From contig CBDBLX010000002.1 of assembly GCA_965207445.1 (NCBI GenBank), positions 640,001 to 704,000 on the forward strand: a DNA stretch of 64,000 nucleotides, given 5' to 3'. Made by a program: the position numbers and the translations under genes. Origin of the DNA: Nitrosopumilus sp. (GTDB taxonomy: Archaea; Thermoproteota; Nitrososphaeria; Nitrososphaerales; Nitrosopumilaceae). The notes under the pieces were generated by a model. That model was not told the DNA's origin. It saw only the letters and a list, made by a program, of their open reading frames with translations, and made no database searches. This document shows, piece after piece, positions 39,099 through 50,282 of the stretch (the first letter of the stretch is position 1; the number at the start of each line of letters is the position of its first letter).

Positions 39099-40007
39099 CT
39101 ATATGTCATCTTCATGTATAATCTTTACTGTATTGTATATTGTACCTAACCCTTCAATTTCCATCTCTATTTTGTCGCCGTCTTTTAGATATGGCACACC
39201 TGGATTATTCAATGCTACTCCTGCTGATGTACCTGTTGATATGATATCCCCTGACTCTAGTGTCATGACTTTGGACAATTTTGATATTATTTGTGGTATC
39301 TTTAACAACATTTGACTAGTTGATGAATTTTGCCTTGTCTCTCCGTTGATCTTTGTAATTAATTTGAGGTTTTGAGGATCGCTTATTTCATCTGCTGTTG
39401 TAATCCAAGGGCCGCACGGTGCAAAACTATCAAAACCCTTTGCTCTTGTGAACTGTTTGTCTTTGAATTGTATGTCACGCGCAGAGACGTCATTTAGTAT
39501 CATATATCCAAATATATGCTTGTATGCACTCTCTACTGTCACGTTTTTACATTTATTGCCTATGATGACTGCAAGTTCTATCTCATAATCTAACTGTTTT
39601 ACAAAGTCTGGGCATCGTATCTTTGAGTTTGTTCCAGTCAGTGTGGTTCTTGGTTTTATGACTAGTACTGGATCTTGGGTTCTCTCTTCTTCTTTTTGTT
39701 CTATTGCATGATCTAAATAATTATACGCCAAACATATGATCTTACCTGGGTTTGGAAGTGGAGCTAGTATTTTGTATTTTTTAATTGATTTCTTGTATGG
39801 AATCTCACTGCCTGTTACTCTTTGGTACCATCCATCAAAGAGAAATTCTTCAATGTTCCTTGGTATTGGCACTCCTGTGGCAAATATGATGTCTTCTTTT
39901 GTTGCAATCTTGCCTTTTTTTTCATCTATGAATCCATACGTCTCGATTTTCTTTGCCTTGCTACCCTTTTGTCGTCTTTTAAGCCGTACTATTTTCATTT
40001 TAATCAT
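39099..40007 (-). CDS. Fumarylacetoacetate hydrolase family protein
   Basis: KIICLAYNY.DH, DYEIELAVIIG, NDVSARD and GDIISTGT motifs. Confidence 0.93.
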   Translation of the reverse strand: MIKMKIVRLKRRQKGSKAKKIETYGFIDEKKGKIATKEDIIFATGVPIPRNIEEFLFDGWYQRVTGSEIPYKKSIKKYKILAPLPNPGKIICLAYNYLDHAIEQKEEERTQDPVLVIKPRTTLTGTNSKIRCPDFVKQLDYEIELAVIIGNKCKNVTVESAYKHIFGYMILNDVSARDIQFKDKQFTRAKGFDSFAPCGPWITTADEISDPQNLKLITKINGETRQNSSTSQMLLKIPQIISKLSKVMTLESGDIISTGTSAGVALNNPGVPYLKDGDKIEMEIEGLGTIYNTVKIIHEDDI

Positions 40008-42129
40008 GTGTAAAGATTACTCGTCTGCCGGTATCTTTTATACAATAACCGAATCTGACAAATTGTATCTCTTCACCCTCCTTTATTGATTCAAAATGTG
40101 GTTCTGTATAAACTTCTATCTCCTCTAGACTATTCTCATCAAAGTTGTCGTTTTTGTCAAATGGCTTTTTTGGTATTGCAAGTCTTATCCGCACTGCTGT
40201 GTCTTGTGAGACCCATTGAGTTTTTACATCCTCTTTTATCTCTTTTTTACTCTTTTTTTCATTTGTGTGACTGTTGCTATCATTATTGTTGTATGTTGAA
40301 CTGTTGCCTCTTTTTTCTGAATATGGTTCTGTATGTTGCTGTTGTTCTTGTTCTTGCATGCCAATTTTTTCATAAAACTCTGAGACCTCTTGTGCATCAA
40401 AAGTATTGTTTGTGCCTGTTATATGGTCTGCATATGCTGATATTGTCATTGTTGCATAATCATCATGTTCATTAGATGCATATCTTCGATATCTGTTGGT
40501 TTTGTGATTGTTATCTTTACTCTTGCTAATATCTGCTATTCTCACATATCCTAATCCTAATAGTTTGATTATTGATCCCACTTGTAGTTTCTCAAAGTCT
40601 GTTCCTGGTATGTATATATCACCACTTGCAGGGACGCTTCTCATGCCCATCTTTTCGTATAGTGGATGACTTGGCATTGTAACTGTCTTTTTTACTATTT
40701 GATTGCCATCTGTATTTCTTATAATGATTCGTCTTGGATCTCTTACCATGAACAGTCTTGTGCTTGCCGAATCGATCAAATGACGGTTTATTGACTCTAG
40801 CGTCTCAAACGGTGCTATCGTATCTGCTTTTGTTAGGCCAAGTGACTCTATGAACTTTCTTACTGCCTCTGGTTTGATGCCTCGTCGTTTTAATCCACCT
40901 AGTGTGGGAATTCTGGGGTCATCGTATCCGAGTATTCGTCCGTCCTCCATCAGCGGTTTTATGAGTCTCTTTGATGTTGGCATTCCATCAAATGCAAGTC
41001 TGGCAAAATAGTGTTGTTTTGGTTTTCTCATATTTAGAACATCTAATATGTCATTTATCAGCTCCGCCCTTGATTCGAACTCTTTGGAACGAAATGCATG
41101 TGTGATGCCGTGTATGCTATCTTCTATTGCTACTGACATGTCATAACTAGGCCACACTCTGTACTTTGAGCCCTGTCTATAGTGTGGTGTACTTGTAATG
41201 CGAAAGAGTATGGGGTCCCGCATCACTGCATTGTCCGCTTGCATGTTTCCGCGGAATCTTACAACTGCCTCACCTGATTTTATCTTTCCTGCATGCATCT
41301 TGCCCCATTTTTTATAGTGCTCATCTATGTCGTCTTTTTTGCGACATTTACACTCTATTCTATCTCTTCTACCATTACTAATGTCGTCTTTTTTACACGT
41401 GCAAACATATGCACGTCCATTGCGTATCAATTCTTCTCCTTTTTGATAGAGGGTATCCATATCATCTGATGTGTATATGATGTTTTCTTGTTTGAACTCG
41501 AGGCCTAGCCATTCTAATCCGACGTTAATTCCTGCTATGTACTCTTTTCTCTCTGCATCTGGATTAGTATCATCTATACGTAGTATGCATTTGCCGCCGT
41601 ATCTTGTCGCATAATCTGCATTGATTATGACTGCTTTTGCGTGGCCTATGTGTGGATATCCGTTTGGCTCTGGTGGGAATCGTGTAATTACTTTGCCGTA
41701 TTCGACATCTTCAAGTGGTGGTAGCCATGCACCTGGTATGTTATTATTATTATCACCACCACCCTGCGTATCTTTGTCTTTTTGTTTGTGTTTGTTCATG
41801 GCGATACTACTTGAACCTGTGATCTCCTCTAGTCTCTTTTGTTGATCTTGTAAAGACATGTCATTTACTTGTGATACAACATCAGATACAACATCAGACA
41901 CCATTGGAACTGAGCCACGAAGGTCTTGTCTTGCACCTAGTATCTTACCTAGTATCTTTTTGTTGTCTGTCTGTCCATTATATGTCACTGCATTCTCAAG
42001 GGCTAGTTGTAGTATGTGCTGTCGTATATCATTTACATTGTCATCGTCTTTCACTATGCCCTCTTTCACTATATCCTCACCACTGTTTTTCTTTTGATTA
42101 TTTGTCGTACTGTCTGGTGGTGCACTCAT
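40000..42129 (-). CDS. gltX: Glutamyl-tRNA synthetase
   Basis: RFPPEPNGYPHIGH, DDTNP, YVCTC and QFVRFGY motifs. Confidence 0.96.
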   Translation of the reverse strand: MSAPPDSTTNNQKKNSGEDIVKEGIVKDDDNVNDIRQHILQLALENAVTYNGQTDNKKILGKILGARQDLRGSVPMVSDVVSDVVSQVNDMSLQDQQKRLEEITGSSSIAMNKHKQKDKDTQGGGDNNNNIPGAWLPPLEDVEYGKVITRFPPEPNGYPHIGHAKAVIINADYATRYGGKCILRIDDTNPDAERKEYIAGINVGLEWLGLEFKQENIIYTSDDMDTLYQKGEELIRNGRAYVCTCKKDDISNGRRDRIECKCRKKDDIDEHYKKWGKMHAGKIKSGEAVVRFRGNMQADNAVMRDPILFRITSTPHYRQGSKYRVWPSYDMSVAIEDSIHGITHAFRSKEFESRAELINDILDVLNMRKPKQHYFARLAFDGMPTSKRLIKPLMEDGRILGYDDPRIPTLGGLKRRGIKPEAVRKFIESLGLTKADTIAPFETLESINRHLIDSASTRLFMVRDPRRIIIRNTDGNQIVKKTVTMPSHPLYEKMGMRSVPASGDIYIPGTDFEKLQVGSIIKLLGLGYVRIADISKSKDNNHKTNRYRRYASNEHDDYATMTISAYADHITGTNNTFDAQEVSEFYEKIGMQEQEQQQHTEPYSEKRGNSSTYNNNDSNSHTNEKKSKKEIKEDVKTQWVSQDTAVRIRLAIPKKPFDKNDNFDENSLEEIEVYTEPHFESIKEGEEIQFVRFGYCIKDTGRRVIFTHD

Positions 42130-42133
42130 ACAT

Positions 42134-43144
42134 CTACACGCTTCTTTTTACAACAAATCCTAATAGGGATTCTATCTCTTTTTTTGTATTACTTGTGTAA
42201 GAGTTGATCCTCTTGTCTGCTTTGTTTGCGTATGTACATGCTATCTCTCTGACCTTGGTCTCTATTCCAAGCAATCGTATGGATTCTACTGCTTTGTTTA
42301 ATTTGGATTTAGAGCTTTTATGATTACCAAACACATCCAAAATATTCTTGTAATGTATAGTATCCTGAGCCGCATCTATTGCCATCAAGATTGGAAGCGA
42401 CTTTTTACCTTCTCTAATGTCGTTTCCAACAGGCTTTTTTGTAACTGTGGGATCACCCATCACACCTATCAAGTCATCTGTTATCTGAAATGCAATGCCC
42501 AAGTTTAACCCAAAGTTTGAGAGGTTTGAAATATCATTTGGTTTACCATTGGCACAAATTGCACCCATTGCGCAAGAGACATCAAATAGTGCTGCTGTCT
42601 TTTTTCTTATCATTGTAATGTATTGATTTCGAGTTGGTATGCTATCTGATTCTGCCATTTTAATATCGAGCATCTGTCCCTCACATACCTCTACACATGC
42701 AGACGCAAGTCTTGATACCATGTTTTGCACTGCGTCTGCTTGATGCTTTGTCTTTACTAGTGTCTGGTATGCTTTTGAAAACAATATGTCGCCTGCAAGT
42801 ATTGCTACTGGCTCACCGAATTTTTTGTGAACTGTTGTCACACCATGTCGCATATCATCATTGTCCATTATGTCATCATGTACTAGAGTAAAGTTGTGTA
42901 CCATCTCTATTGCAGATGCTGCCCATTTTGCATCTGTTGTTTTACCCCCTAACATTTGACAGCTCTTTATGACCATGTATGGTCTCAACCTTTTCCCTCC
43001 ATTTACAATCAAATGTCTTGCGGCCTCGTACAGGCCGTCTGGCTCTCCTTTGAGGTTTTGTATCAAATGCTTGTTTACTATATCTGATGTCTTTTTCATA
43101 CTATCCTTGTTTGCTGTGGCATTCATTTTACCAATAACCTCCAT
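42134..43144 (-). CDS. idsA: Geranylgeranyl diphosphate synthase
   Basis: GGKRLRP, HNFTLVHDDIMD and FQITDD motifs; lies in the mevalonate cluster. Confidence 0.93.
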   Translation of the reverse strand: MEVIGKMNATANKDSMKKTSDIVNKHLIQNLKGEPDGLYEAARHLIVNGGKRLRPYMVIKSCQMLGGKTTDAKWAASAIEMVHNFTLVHDDIMDNDDMRHGVTTVHKKFGEPVAILAGDILFSKAYQTLVKTKHQADAVQNMVSRLASACVEVCEGQMLDIKMAESDSIPTRNQYITMIRKKTAALFDVSCAMGAICANGKPNDISNLSNFGLNLGIAFQITDDLIGVMGDPTVTKKPVGNDIREGKKSLPILMAIDAAQDTIHYKNILDVFGNHKSSKSKLNKAVESIRLLGIETKVREIACTYANKADKRINSYTSNTKKEIESLLGFVVKRSV

Positions 43145-43815
43145 GCACTAGTTGGCATGTGTTTTAATATTGATTCGTATAATATGTTTTTTACATCTTG
43201 TGTTATCCACGGCTTTAGAATATCTTGATAATTTTTGAGTGTTGCAGTATCTGATCTGTCAATAAAATATAGTGCTGCTAACATCCATGGGCAGTACTGT
43301 GATGGCTTTTCTTTGATGTCTTGTACAAGCGTTTTGGTTGAAACTGTCTTGATGTCTTCTATCTCATCTTTAATGTATGCTAGATTTGATATGTTCTGAA
43401 TGGTTCCAATCAATGTGGCACATATCTCGTTTTCAGAACCAATGTCTTTGTACTGTATGTGATACTCAAATTTATGCAGATACTCGAATCTTGCTTGCAC
43501 TCCAAGCTCTTCAGGCATCCTTCTCTCACATGATGATACATATGTCTCTGATTCTCGTGGATGGCTTGCAAATGTGCCGTCCCAGTATTTGGGCCACAAC
43601 ATTTTTTGACTTGCACGTTTTGCCAATATCAAATTATGGGTGTCCTCTTCAAACAACAAGGCGGTAAATGCTCTGTGTAGTTTACCCTCTGGCATATGAC
43701 ATCTCACTTTCTCTTCTCTACCGATGGGATTGTCATTTTCATCTACTAAAATCACAAATTCTTGATGTCTGTCTATTTTTTCATCTTTGAGTGTTTTTGC
43801 GTCAGTTGACATCAT
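43123..43815 (-). CDS. idi: Type 1 isopentenyl-diphosphate isomerase
   Basis: VILVDEND, LHRAF, WP..W..T.ASHP and ENEIC motifs. Confidence 0.92.
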   Translation of the reverse strand: MMSTDAKTLKDEKIDRHQEFVILVDENDNPIGREEKVRCHMPEGKLHRAFTALLFEEDTHNLILAKRASQKMLWPKYWDGTFASHPRESETYVSSCERRMPEELGVQARFEYLHKFEYHIQYKDIGSENEICATLIGTIQNISNLAYIKDEIEDIKTVSTKTLVQDIKEKPSQYCPWMLAALYFIDRSDTATLKNYQDILKPWITQDVKNILYESILKHMPTSAWRLLVK

Positions 43816-43835
43816 TATCCATGGCCCCTACTTTG

Positions 43836-44684
43836 TTATGTTGAATTGTTTTTCTCTTTTAAGTTACACGCCTCAAATAACGTTCCTTTGAATCTATTGT
43901 TTGTTGCAGTTGTGTATGTTGTAGATGTGGCTGCATCTTGTATTCTCTTTGGATAATTACCATTTACAAATGCTACTGATGTGCCATATTTTGTTATAGA
44001 CTTGGCCTCATTAACCTTGCGTGTCATTCCACCTGTTACGTCCATGACATTAGTTTTCATGTTTTTAGTGTGACTTTTGGTAACGTTTTTTGTAGCTGGT
44101 ATATGCTTGATCAATTTCTTTGACTCTAAATCAATATACAGTCCATCTTCACTGAGCACAAATATACACAGTCTTGGTTTTAGTATGTGTGCCAAATGAG
44201 TCATAATTTTATCACCTGACAATATGTATGTCTTGTAACTATTGTCTTCTTTTTTGTTATTGTTATTGTTGCCATACCACATAGCATCGCCATATGTGAT
44301 GGGTGTCATATCTGATAATGTAGCTATATTATTCATTTCTAATATTTTTGAGGGTATGGGTTTGTTTCCTGACATGAATCCTGCTGGCGCCACTGTGTAT
44401 GGCCTCATTCCTCCTTTGAGTAGTTGTTCTAGTATTATCGTGTTGAGTTGTATCATGGATTCTTTTACTATTGCAACTCCTTTTGTGTCATAGTTGTGTG
44501 CTTTGGTATGCATGTCGTATTTTACTGACCAATAATGTCCAAAAGAGCCTCCCCCATGAACTATTATGACTGGCTCTGTTATCTTTGTAATTGACCTTGC
44601 CATTTTGAGAATTGATTGTCTTGATGCGCAAAGCGGTTTTGATTTATCTGTTATTACAGAGCCTCCGAGCTTTATTAGAATCAT
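43836..44684 (-). CDS. ipk: Isopentenyl phosphate kinase
   Basis: IKLGGSVITDK, VHGGGSFGH, SGD and DVTGGM motifs. Confidence 0.93.
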   Translation of the reverse strand: MILIKLGGSVITDKSKPLCASRQSILKMARSITKITEPVIIVHGGGSFGHYWSVKYDMHTKAHNYDTKGVAIVKESMIQLNTIILEQLLKGGMRPYTVAPAGFMSGNKPIPSKILEMNNIATLSDMTPITYGDAMWYGNNNNNKKEDNSYKTYILSGDKIMTHLAHILKPRLCIFVLSEDGLYIDLESKKLIKHIPATKNVTKSHTKNMKTNVMDVTGGMTRKVNEAKSITKYGTSVAFVNGNYPKRIQDAATSTTYTTATNNRFKGTLFEACNLKEKNNST

Positions 44685-44709
44685 GATATGATTTACACAA
44701 TATGATAGA

Positions 44710-45939
44710 TTAAAAGGTATTCAGTCCTGTCTTGTCTATATCGGCGACAAAACATTCGTAACCTTTTTCAGATATGTGTCTGAGAGCTTTTAGTTGAGAT
44801 CGTGTATCGGTTTGTGTGAATGATGGTTCGGATGACTGTGATTGTGTAGATGCTTGTGATTGTGTAGATAATGATGCTTGTGATTGTGTAGATAATGATG
44901 CTTGTGATTGTGTAGATAATGATGCTTGTGATTGTGTAGATAATGATGCTTGTGATAGTGATATATCAACATCTGTCTTTGATGATTCTGTATCTGTGAA
45001 TCCTATAATGCAACCACCTCCTCCTGCACCTGTAATTTTTGCACCATACGTATGCAAGTTTACAAAATTTACTATCTGATCTAATGTTTGATTTGAGACA
45101 TTTATCGTTTTTAGATATTCTTGATTAAGTGATGCCAACTGTCCCAATTTTGACGCTTTTGTACTTTGGACGTTTCCTCTATCTTTTGAGTTTCGTAGAA
45201 TATCTAAAACTGTTGATACGAGTTGTGTCTCTTTGTTGTATAATTCTCTGAACATTGATGGGTTTTCGTTTTTGAATTTTGCAACTTGGTTTACTATTGT
45301 TTTTGTATTGTGTGGAATTTTAGAGTTTATTATGACTAGTCCAAATTTTGGATCTCTATTTATTTTGATCTTTTCATATCCAGTCTTTGTGTTATATGTG
45401 ATTAAACCTCCTAGAGCCGATATTGCAGTGTCTGCACCTGATACATTTGGGAACACTGTTCTTTCTGCATCTATTGCCATGTTTATTATGTTGCTTATTT
45501 GATATGTATCCTTGTCTCCTAAAACCTTGAGTACTGCTGCTGTACCTGCAACACAACATGCTGATGATGATCCCAGTCCTGCGCCTGGTGGTATGTCTGA
45601 TCTGATTTGTAACGTGACGCCGCTATCTGATTTTGTTATTTTTCTAGTTTCTTTTATGATGTAATACAAAGGTCTCAATGTTGGATTTACATCCATGATA
45701 TCGTGCTTGCACGAATCGTATTTGAGATTGCCCAACTCTGATTGTATCTGTATATCTGATGATCTCATCGCAGTTACGTGCACATGTCTATTTATTGCAC
45801 ATAATATGGCATTTGCACCATGTACTACAAAATGCTCCCCAAACAGTATGACCTTTCCTGGTGCTGATGTAGTTATCTTGTCACTTTTATGGTGCTGTTT
45901 GTTTGCATTAAATGCGATATTGTCATTTGTATTTGACAT
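44710..45939 (-). CDS. mvk: Mevalonate kinase with tandem-repeat insertion
   Basis: APGKVILFGEHFVV, PPGAGLGSSSA and KITGAGGGG motifs. Confidence 0.95.
   Translation of the reverse strand: MSNTNDNIAFNANKQHHKSDKITTSAPGKVILFGEHFVVHGANAILCAINRHVHVTAMRSSDIQIQSELGNLKYDSCKHDIMDVNPTLRPLYYIIKETRKITKSDSGVTLQIRSDIPPGAGLGSSSACCVAGTAAVLKVLGDKDTYQISNIINMAIDAERTVFPNVSGADTAISALGGLITYNTKTGYEKIKINRDPKFGLVIINSKIPHNTKTIVNQVAKFKNENPSMFRELYNKETQLVSTVLDILRNSKDRGNVQSTKASKLGQLASLNQEYLKTINVSNQTLDQIVNFVNLHTYGAKITGAGGGGCIIGFTDTESSKTDVDISLSQASLSTQSQASLSTQSQASLSTQSQASLSTQSQASTQSQSSEPSFTQTDTRSQLKALRHISEKGYECFVADIDKTGLNTF
44837..44956 (-). repeat. 24-bp coding tandem repeat (SQASLSTQ) x4 plus partial units
   Basis: gatgcttgtgattgtgtagataat units at 44849-44944. 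Confidence 0.95.
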
Positions 45940-46294
45940 GTATTAACGGTGACGTGTGGTATTATTGATGTTGTTGTTAATGATGATAATGATGTTGATG
46001 ATGATAATGTTGTTGTTGATGATGATGTTTACATGAGATTGTGAAAATCAAGAGTCAAAACATCAATACATCATGGCCACTTTTTAAACGACTTTGTGAT
46101 AATCACATCACTAACAAGATTTGGTACAATCTACGTCTAGATAACCTGATTTTGTACTATTATGCGCACTGGCATCTTTTCTAAGACAATTGTCACGTTG
46201 TTTGTTTTTCACATATTATCCGCACAAACCAACATCAAAAAACACAAATGTACTCAAATATTCTTTAAAATTTATTCACAAATATCACATGTGA

Positions 46295-46990
46295 CTATTC
46301 AATCATATTATTTTCCCCTTCACTAATCTTGGTCTCAAAATCGTCTATCTCGTATTTTATTGTATCATTCTCACCTAATTCTCCACGCTCAATTAGGATC
46401 TGACGTACTAACAACCAGTATATGGTGGCAAGTGCTTTGCGACCTCTATTGTTTGCAGGTATTATCAAGTCGAGATCAGATGTAATGTTGTCTGTATTTG
46501 AGATTCCGATTACTGGGATTCCTGCATTTTTGGCCTCTGTTACTGCTTGTTCGTCCATCTGCGGATCTGAGACTAACACGAGTTTTGGCTCAATATAATA
46601 TGGAAGCGAAGGGTTTGTCAGCGTTCCTGGCATGAATCGTCCTGTCAACATCTTTGCATTTAGCATCTCACAGAACTTTTCAATCGGTGTTGATGCATAT
46701 TGCCTTCCCGAGCATACTATGAGGTTTTCAGTACCTAGTCTATTGATGAATTTGGCGGCAACCTTGACTCTTTGAAGAGTTATTTCTAAATCAAGCATGT
46801 ACAGTCCATCTGTGCTGGCCTTTGTGATGAAATTTTTCATAAATTTTGTCTTTACTTGCGTTCCGACCCTTATCCCTGTCACTAGAATCTTTTTTTGTAT
46901 ATCTGTTGTTGCATCTGTTTGGGGGGAGAGGTCATCTACTTGTGTTGTTGAGATTTCTGTATCTACTGAATCTGATTGTTGGCCGCTCAT
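46295..46990 (-). CDS. rps2: 30S ribosomal protein S2 (uS2)
   Basis: GRFMPGTLTNP and IIPANNRGRKAL motifs. Confidence 0.96.
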   Translation of the reverse strand: MSGQQSDSVDTEISTTQVDDLSPQTDATTDIQKKILVTGIRVGTQVKTKFMKNFITKASTDGLYMLDLEITLQRVKVAAKFINRLGTENLIVCSGRQYASTPIEKFCEMLNAKMLTGRFMPGTLTNPSLPYYIEPKLVLVSDPQMDEQAVTEAKNAGIPVIGISNTDNITSDLDLIIPANNRGRKALATIYWLLVRQILIERGELGENDTIKYEIDDFETKISEGENNMIE

Positions 46991-46995
46991 ATTCT

Positions 46996-48324
46996 CTACA
47001 ACTCTGCCATGCCTTGTATTAAATCATGCTGCATTACATTATGACTGTGATTCTCTTCAATATGACTATTGTCATTGGCATTCATCTGATCAAGTCTTAA
47101 CAACTCATTGATCTTCGATACTCTCTCGCCACCGACCACACCTACCTTGAGCATCTTGGAGCCTGTGGCTATTCCTATGTGCGATATGTGTGAATCAACA
47201 GACTCACCAGATCTGTGAGATGTAATGAGTTTAACATCATTTTGTGTTGCCACTGTGGCAAACTCAAGTGCATCATACAATCCACCTGCTTGGTTTACCT
47301 TTAGTATGGCCCCGTTGCATGACTCAGTCTCTATTGCTTTTCTTAATATGCTTGCATTTGTGACTGTGAGGTCATCACCTGTAATTAACACCTGTGAGAA
47401 TCGTTCTCTGAGTTGAGCCATTTCATCAAATGCTTCCTCATGTACTGCATCCTCTACATATATGAGCTTGTATCTTGTTATCAAATCTGACACAAATTCT
47501 AACTGCTCACCATGATCATTTTCAAAACCTGCTCTGTTGTATATGTACTTTGATCTTTTCTTGTCCCATTGAGTTGATGATGCAAAGTCTACGCCAAGTG
47601 AGACCTCTCTGCCTAGTGTAAATCCAAGATTCTCACATGTTTTGGCAGCTACTTGCAATGCTCCCTCATTATCCATTTTGGGCGCCCATCCGCCCTCATC
47701 TCCCTTACCACCTGAAAAGCTTGCATCCTGTGATTCCAAGACACGACGCAACTCTGTATGAATTTTTAAATTTATTCTTGTTGCGTCTTGTATGGTCTTT
47801 GCACCTGTGGCGCAGATTAGTATCTCTTGTATGTCTGGTGTTCCTGGACCCGCATGCGCACCTCCACCCAATATATTACCTAATGGGAATGGGAATCTGT
47901 ACTGTTTTGATCCCCATGTTGTTGTAGTGTTATTTACCAACTGCTCACGTAAAAATTTGTAAAGTGGTTGTCTGTTGTATTTGGCCGCTGCTTCGGCTGC
48001 TGATATACTTAGTGCAAATGCCAAACTACCGCCAATTTTGGGGTAGCCTGGTTCTGGATCTATATCCTTGATTACATTGTGTATTGTTAGTATGTTCGTT
48101 GGGTCGATACCCAGTATCTTTTCTTTATTTTTTTCTAGTATATTGATACTATCTGTTACTCCACCTTTGGGAAAACTTGTCGCTTCATGCACTCCTACAC
48201 TTGCGCCAGACGGCGCTGATACTCTACCTACATGTATGTTATCTACTATTACATCGACTTCTATGGTTTGACTGCCTCTACTGTTGTATGTGAGACGCCC
48301 TGTCACTGATGTTATACTTGGCAT
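46996..48324 (-). CDS. eno: Enolase
   Basis: NSRG, PSGASVG.HEA, GDEGGWAP and SHRSGES motifs. Confidence 0.96.
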   Translation of the reverse strand: MPSITSVTGRLTYNSRGSQTIEVDVIVDNIHVGRVSAPSGASVGVHEATSFPKGGVTDSINILEKNKEKILGIDPTNILTIHNVIKDIDPEPGYPKIGGSLAFALSISAAEAAAKYNRQPLYKFLREQLVNNTTTTWGSKQYRFPFPLGNILGGGAHAGPGTPDIQEILICATGAKTIQDATRINLKIHTELRRVLESQDASFSGGKGDEGGWAPKMDNEGALQVAAKTCENLGFTLGREVSLGVDFASSTQWDKKRSKYIYNRAGFENDHGEQLEFVSDLITRYKLIYVEDAVHEEAFDEMAQLRERFSQVLITGDDLTVTNASILRKAIETESCNGAILKVNQAGGLYDALEFATVATQNDVKLITSHRSGESVDSHISHIGIATGSKMLKVGVVGGERVSKINELLRLDQMNANDNSHIEENHSHNVMQHDLIQGMAEL

Positions 48325-48566
48325 TACTCTATCTCATTTTGAATCTCTATCTTTCGTCTTTGCATTTCCTCATAGAATGGAATTACTTGCTGAATTGTCT
48401 CTACTGTTGTAAGTAGGATTATTCTGCAACAATATCTCTCAACACCCAGTTCATCTAGTATCTCCTCTGGACTCTTGCCAGTTTCTTGCTCTATTTTATT
48501 TTGATATTCTCCAAATTTGTCTGCCACTAACATGCCGCATGTAAAGCACCTGACAGGGACAAGCAT
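48324..48566 (-). CDS. rpo10: RNA polymerase subunit N (Rpo10)
   Basis: MLVPVRCFTCG..RYCCR motif. Confidence 0.96.
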   Translation of the reverse strand: MLVPVRCFTCGMLVADKFGEYQNKIEQETGKSPEEILDELGVERYCCRIILLTTVETIQQVIPFYEEMQRRKIEIQNEIE

Positions 48567-48614
48567 GATTGAGCAATAATCAAGGATTATAAAAACCATA
48601 CACGAATTTTGTTT

Positions 48615-48702
48615 GCGGGCGTTGCCCAGCCTGGCCAAAGGCGCTAGCTTGAGGGGCTAGTCTCTGAGGAGTTCGTGGGTTCAAATCCCATCGCCCGCAC
48701 CA
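48615..48702 (+). tRNA. tRNA-Leu(GAG); CCA encoded
   Basis: GCGGGCG/CGCCCGC acceptor, CTAGC-TTGAGGG-GCTAG anticodon arm, long variable arm, GGTTCAAATCC. Confidence 0.95.
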
Positions 48703-48898
48703 CACATTTTTTAGATTTGTCTTGCACCCACAAATATGGCACATTATACTCAGATCCCACCACCCCCTTCTATTTCAGATGCCTACACCATACATTTTTT
48801 ACAATCATTGATTTGTGTATGATATTTGATCTTATTTAGAACCGATTCTGTGTGTCTGAAAATATATGATTCATAAGGTCTTGTATTGAATTGAATTA

Positions 48899-49573
48899 AT
48901 GCGAGGGTGGATATTTGAGATACGATCTCGTTCGTTTGTACTATTTGCAGCCTCTTTTTTGATAATTACATTTCTAGTATATGGAGGTGCAACTGCATCC
49001 CTTGATGATGCTGTACAGTCTGTATTGTATGACAGTGTTGGAGATCCTACATTTGATGGCATAATGCAGTATGTCACTGAGACCGGTGACGTGTTTAACA
49101 TGATGATCTTTGGAATTATCATACTGTTGATTCCGCGCACAAGACGAGTTGGAATCACTCTAATGATACTGATTGTGATTACTACATTGCTTGCTGGTTA
49201 TGTGAAATGTGGGGTGGATAGACTCGGACCAGAATATGAGTTTGAAGGTGTGCCATTTCCGGTTAATATAAGCAGGGACACATTTGCGCTCTTTTGTGAG
49301 GGAAGCTTTGACTCTTCATATCCTGCCGGACACGCAGCGCGTGCTATGGTGTTTGGTATAATACTTGGCTATGCACTATCTGAGCGCTTTCCTAGAGGTG
49401 CATATCTAATGCTAGCATATCCTGCATTGATATCATTTAGTCGCATGTATGTTATGCAACACTATTTGATGGATGTAGTGGGTGGTATTATCATGGGTGC
49501 CATGCTAGCAGGTGTACTGGCACACCAGACCAAATTATACAAGATATTTGAAAAGACAAAAAGTAATGATTAA
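48899..49573 (+). CDS. PAP2-family membrane phosphatase
   Basis: SYPAGHA and SRMYVMQHY..DV.GG motifs. Confidence 0.88.
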   Translation: MRGWIFEIRSRSFVLFAASFLIITFLVYGGATASLDDAVQSVLYDSVGDPTFDGIMQYVTETGDVFNMMIFGIIILLIPRTRRVGITLMILIVITTLLAGYVKCGVDRLGPEYEFEGVPFPVNISRDTFALFCEGSFDSSYPAGHAARAMVFGIILGYALSERFPRGAYLMLAYPALISFSRMYVMQHYLMDVVGGIIMGAMLAGVLAHQTKLYKIFEKTKSND

Positions 49574-49761
49574 TACTTTGATTGGCATAATGAATGAAAG
49601 ATTTGTTGGATCTCACTGTTATCGTGTTTATTTGATATCTTTTAGTCTTGTTTGATTTATAGTGTGGATATGCAATATAATGCTAAACTATTGGTATTAA
49701 TTATTTAATTTTATTATTACACTTTATATTTTTAAACATTAAAAGATCATTTTATTTACCA

Positions 49762-50082
49762 CTAATCATCAAATCCTAACTCATTGAGTGACTTGTTGCT
49801 TATTAACACGATTGCATAATGATCATTGTCATGATGATACGTCCAATACTTGACATCTCTGTGCTCATTAATCTTCCGTAGTCCGTGTGTTACACCCGTA
49901 GTTACGACATATCCGATTCTTTTTGCTATCTTTTGTTCTCCTTTTGGCATTAAAATCCTGTATCCGCCTTTCTTGTCCTTGAATCCTAGTCTTACCATGT
50001 CTTCTGCGGCTTTGGTAGCACCGTCTTCATCTTTTAGGTCGTATGTTTTTAGTACTGGTATATTTTTTGGATGAAATTCCAT
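49762..50082 (-). CDS. Hypothetical protein
   Basis: Protein-like sequence from MEFHPKNIP; the upstream extension is low-complexity. Confidence 0.7.
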   Translation of the reverse strand: MEFHPKNIPVLKTYDLKDEDGATKAAEDMVRLGFKDKKGGYRILMPKGEQKIAKRIGYVVTTGVTHGLRKINEHRDVKYWTYHHDNDHYAIVLISNKSLNELGFDD

Positions 50083-50282
50083 ATGATAATTTTTGTGTGG
50101 TGTTATAATAAGTCTGTAGCGTAATGATGTGCATAATGTTTTGTGTTGTGGTGTTTTGTATGTGATATGTTGTTTTGTATGTGATATGTTGTTTTGCATA
50201 TGATTATACTAACATGTTGCGACTAAAAGCCACATGACTAGAACTCATATTAATAAAAGCCACATGACTAAAAGCCACAAAA

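Noticed and set aside
43123..43815. Type 1 IDI and the solo 5S rRNA as novelties
   Set aside because: Both are already known traits of Thaumarchaeota
48567..48638. Longer rpo10 start given in the ORF track
   Set aside because: It overlaps tRNA-Leu on the opposite strand; the conserved protein starts at MLVPVRC (48566)
50219..50279. Repeated TAAAAGCCACA(TGAC) downstream of hemD as an operator array
   Set aside because: It looks like local slippage duplication, as seen throughout the window, and has no supporting regulator context
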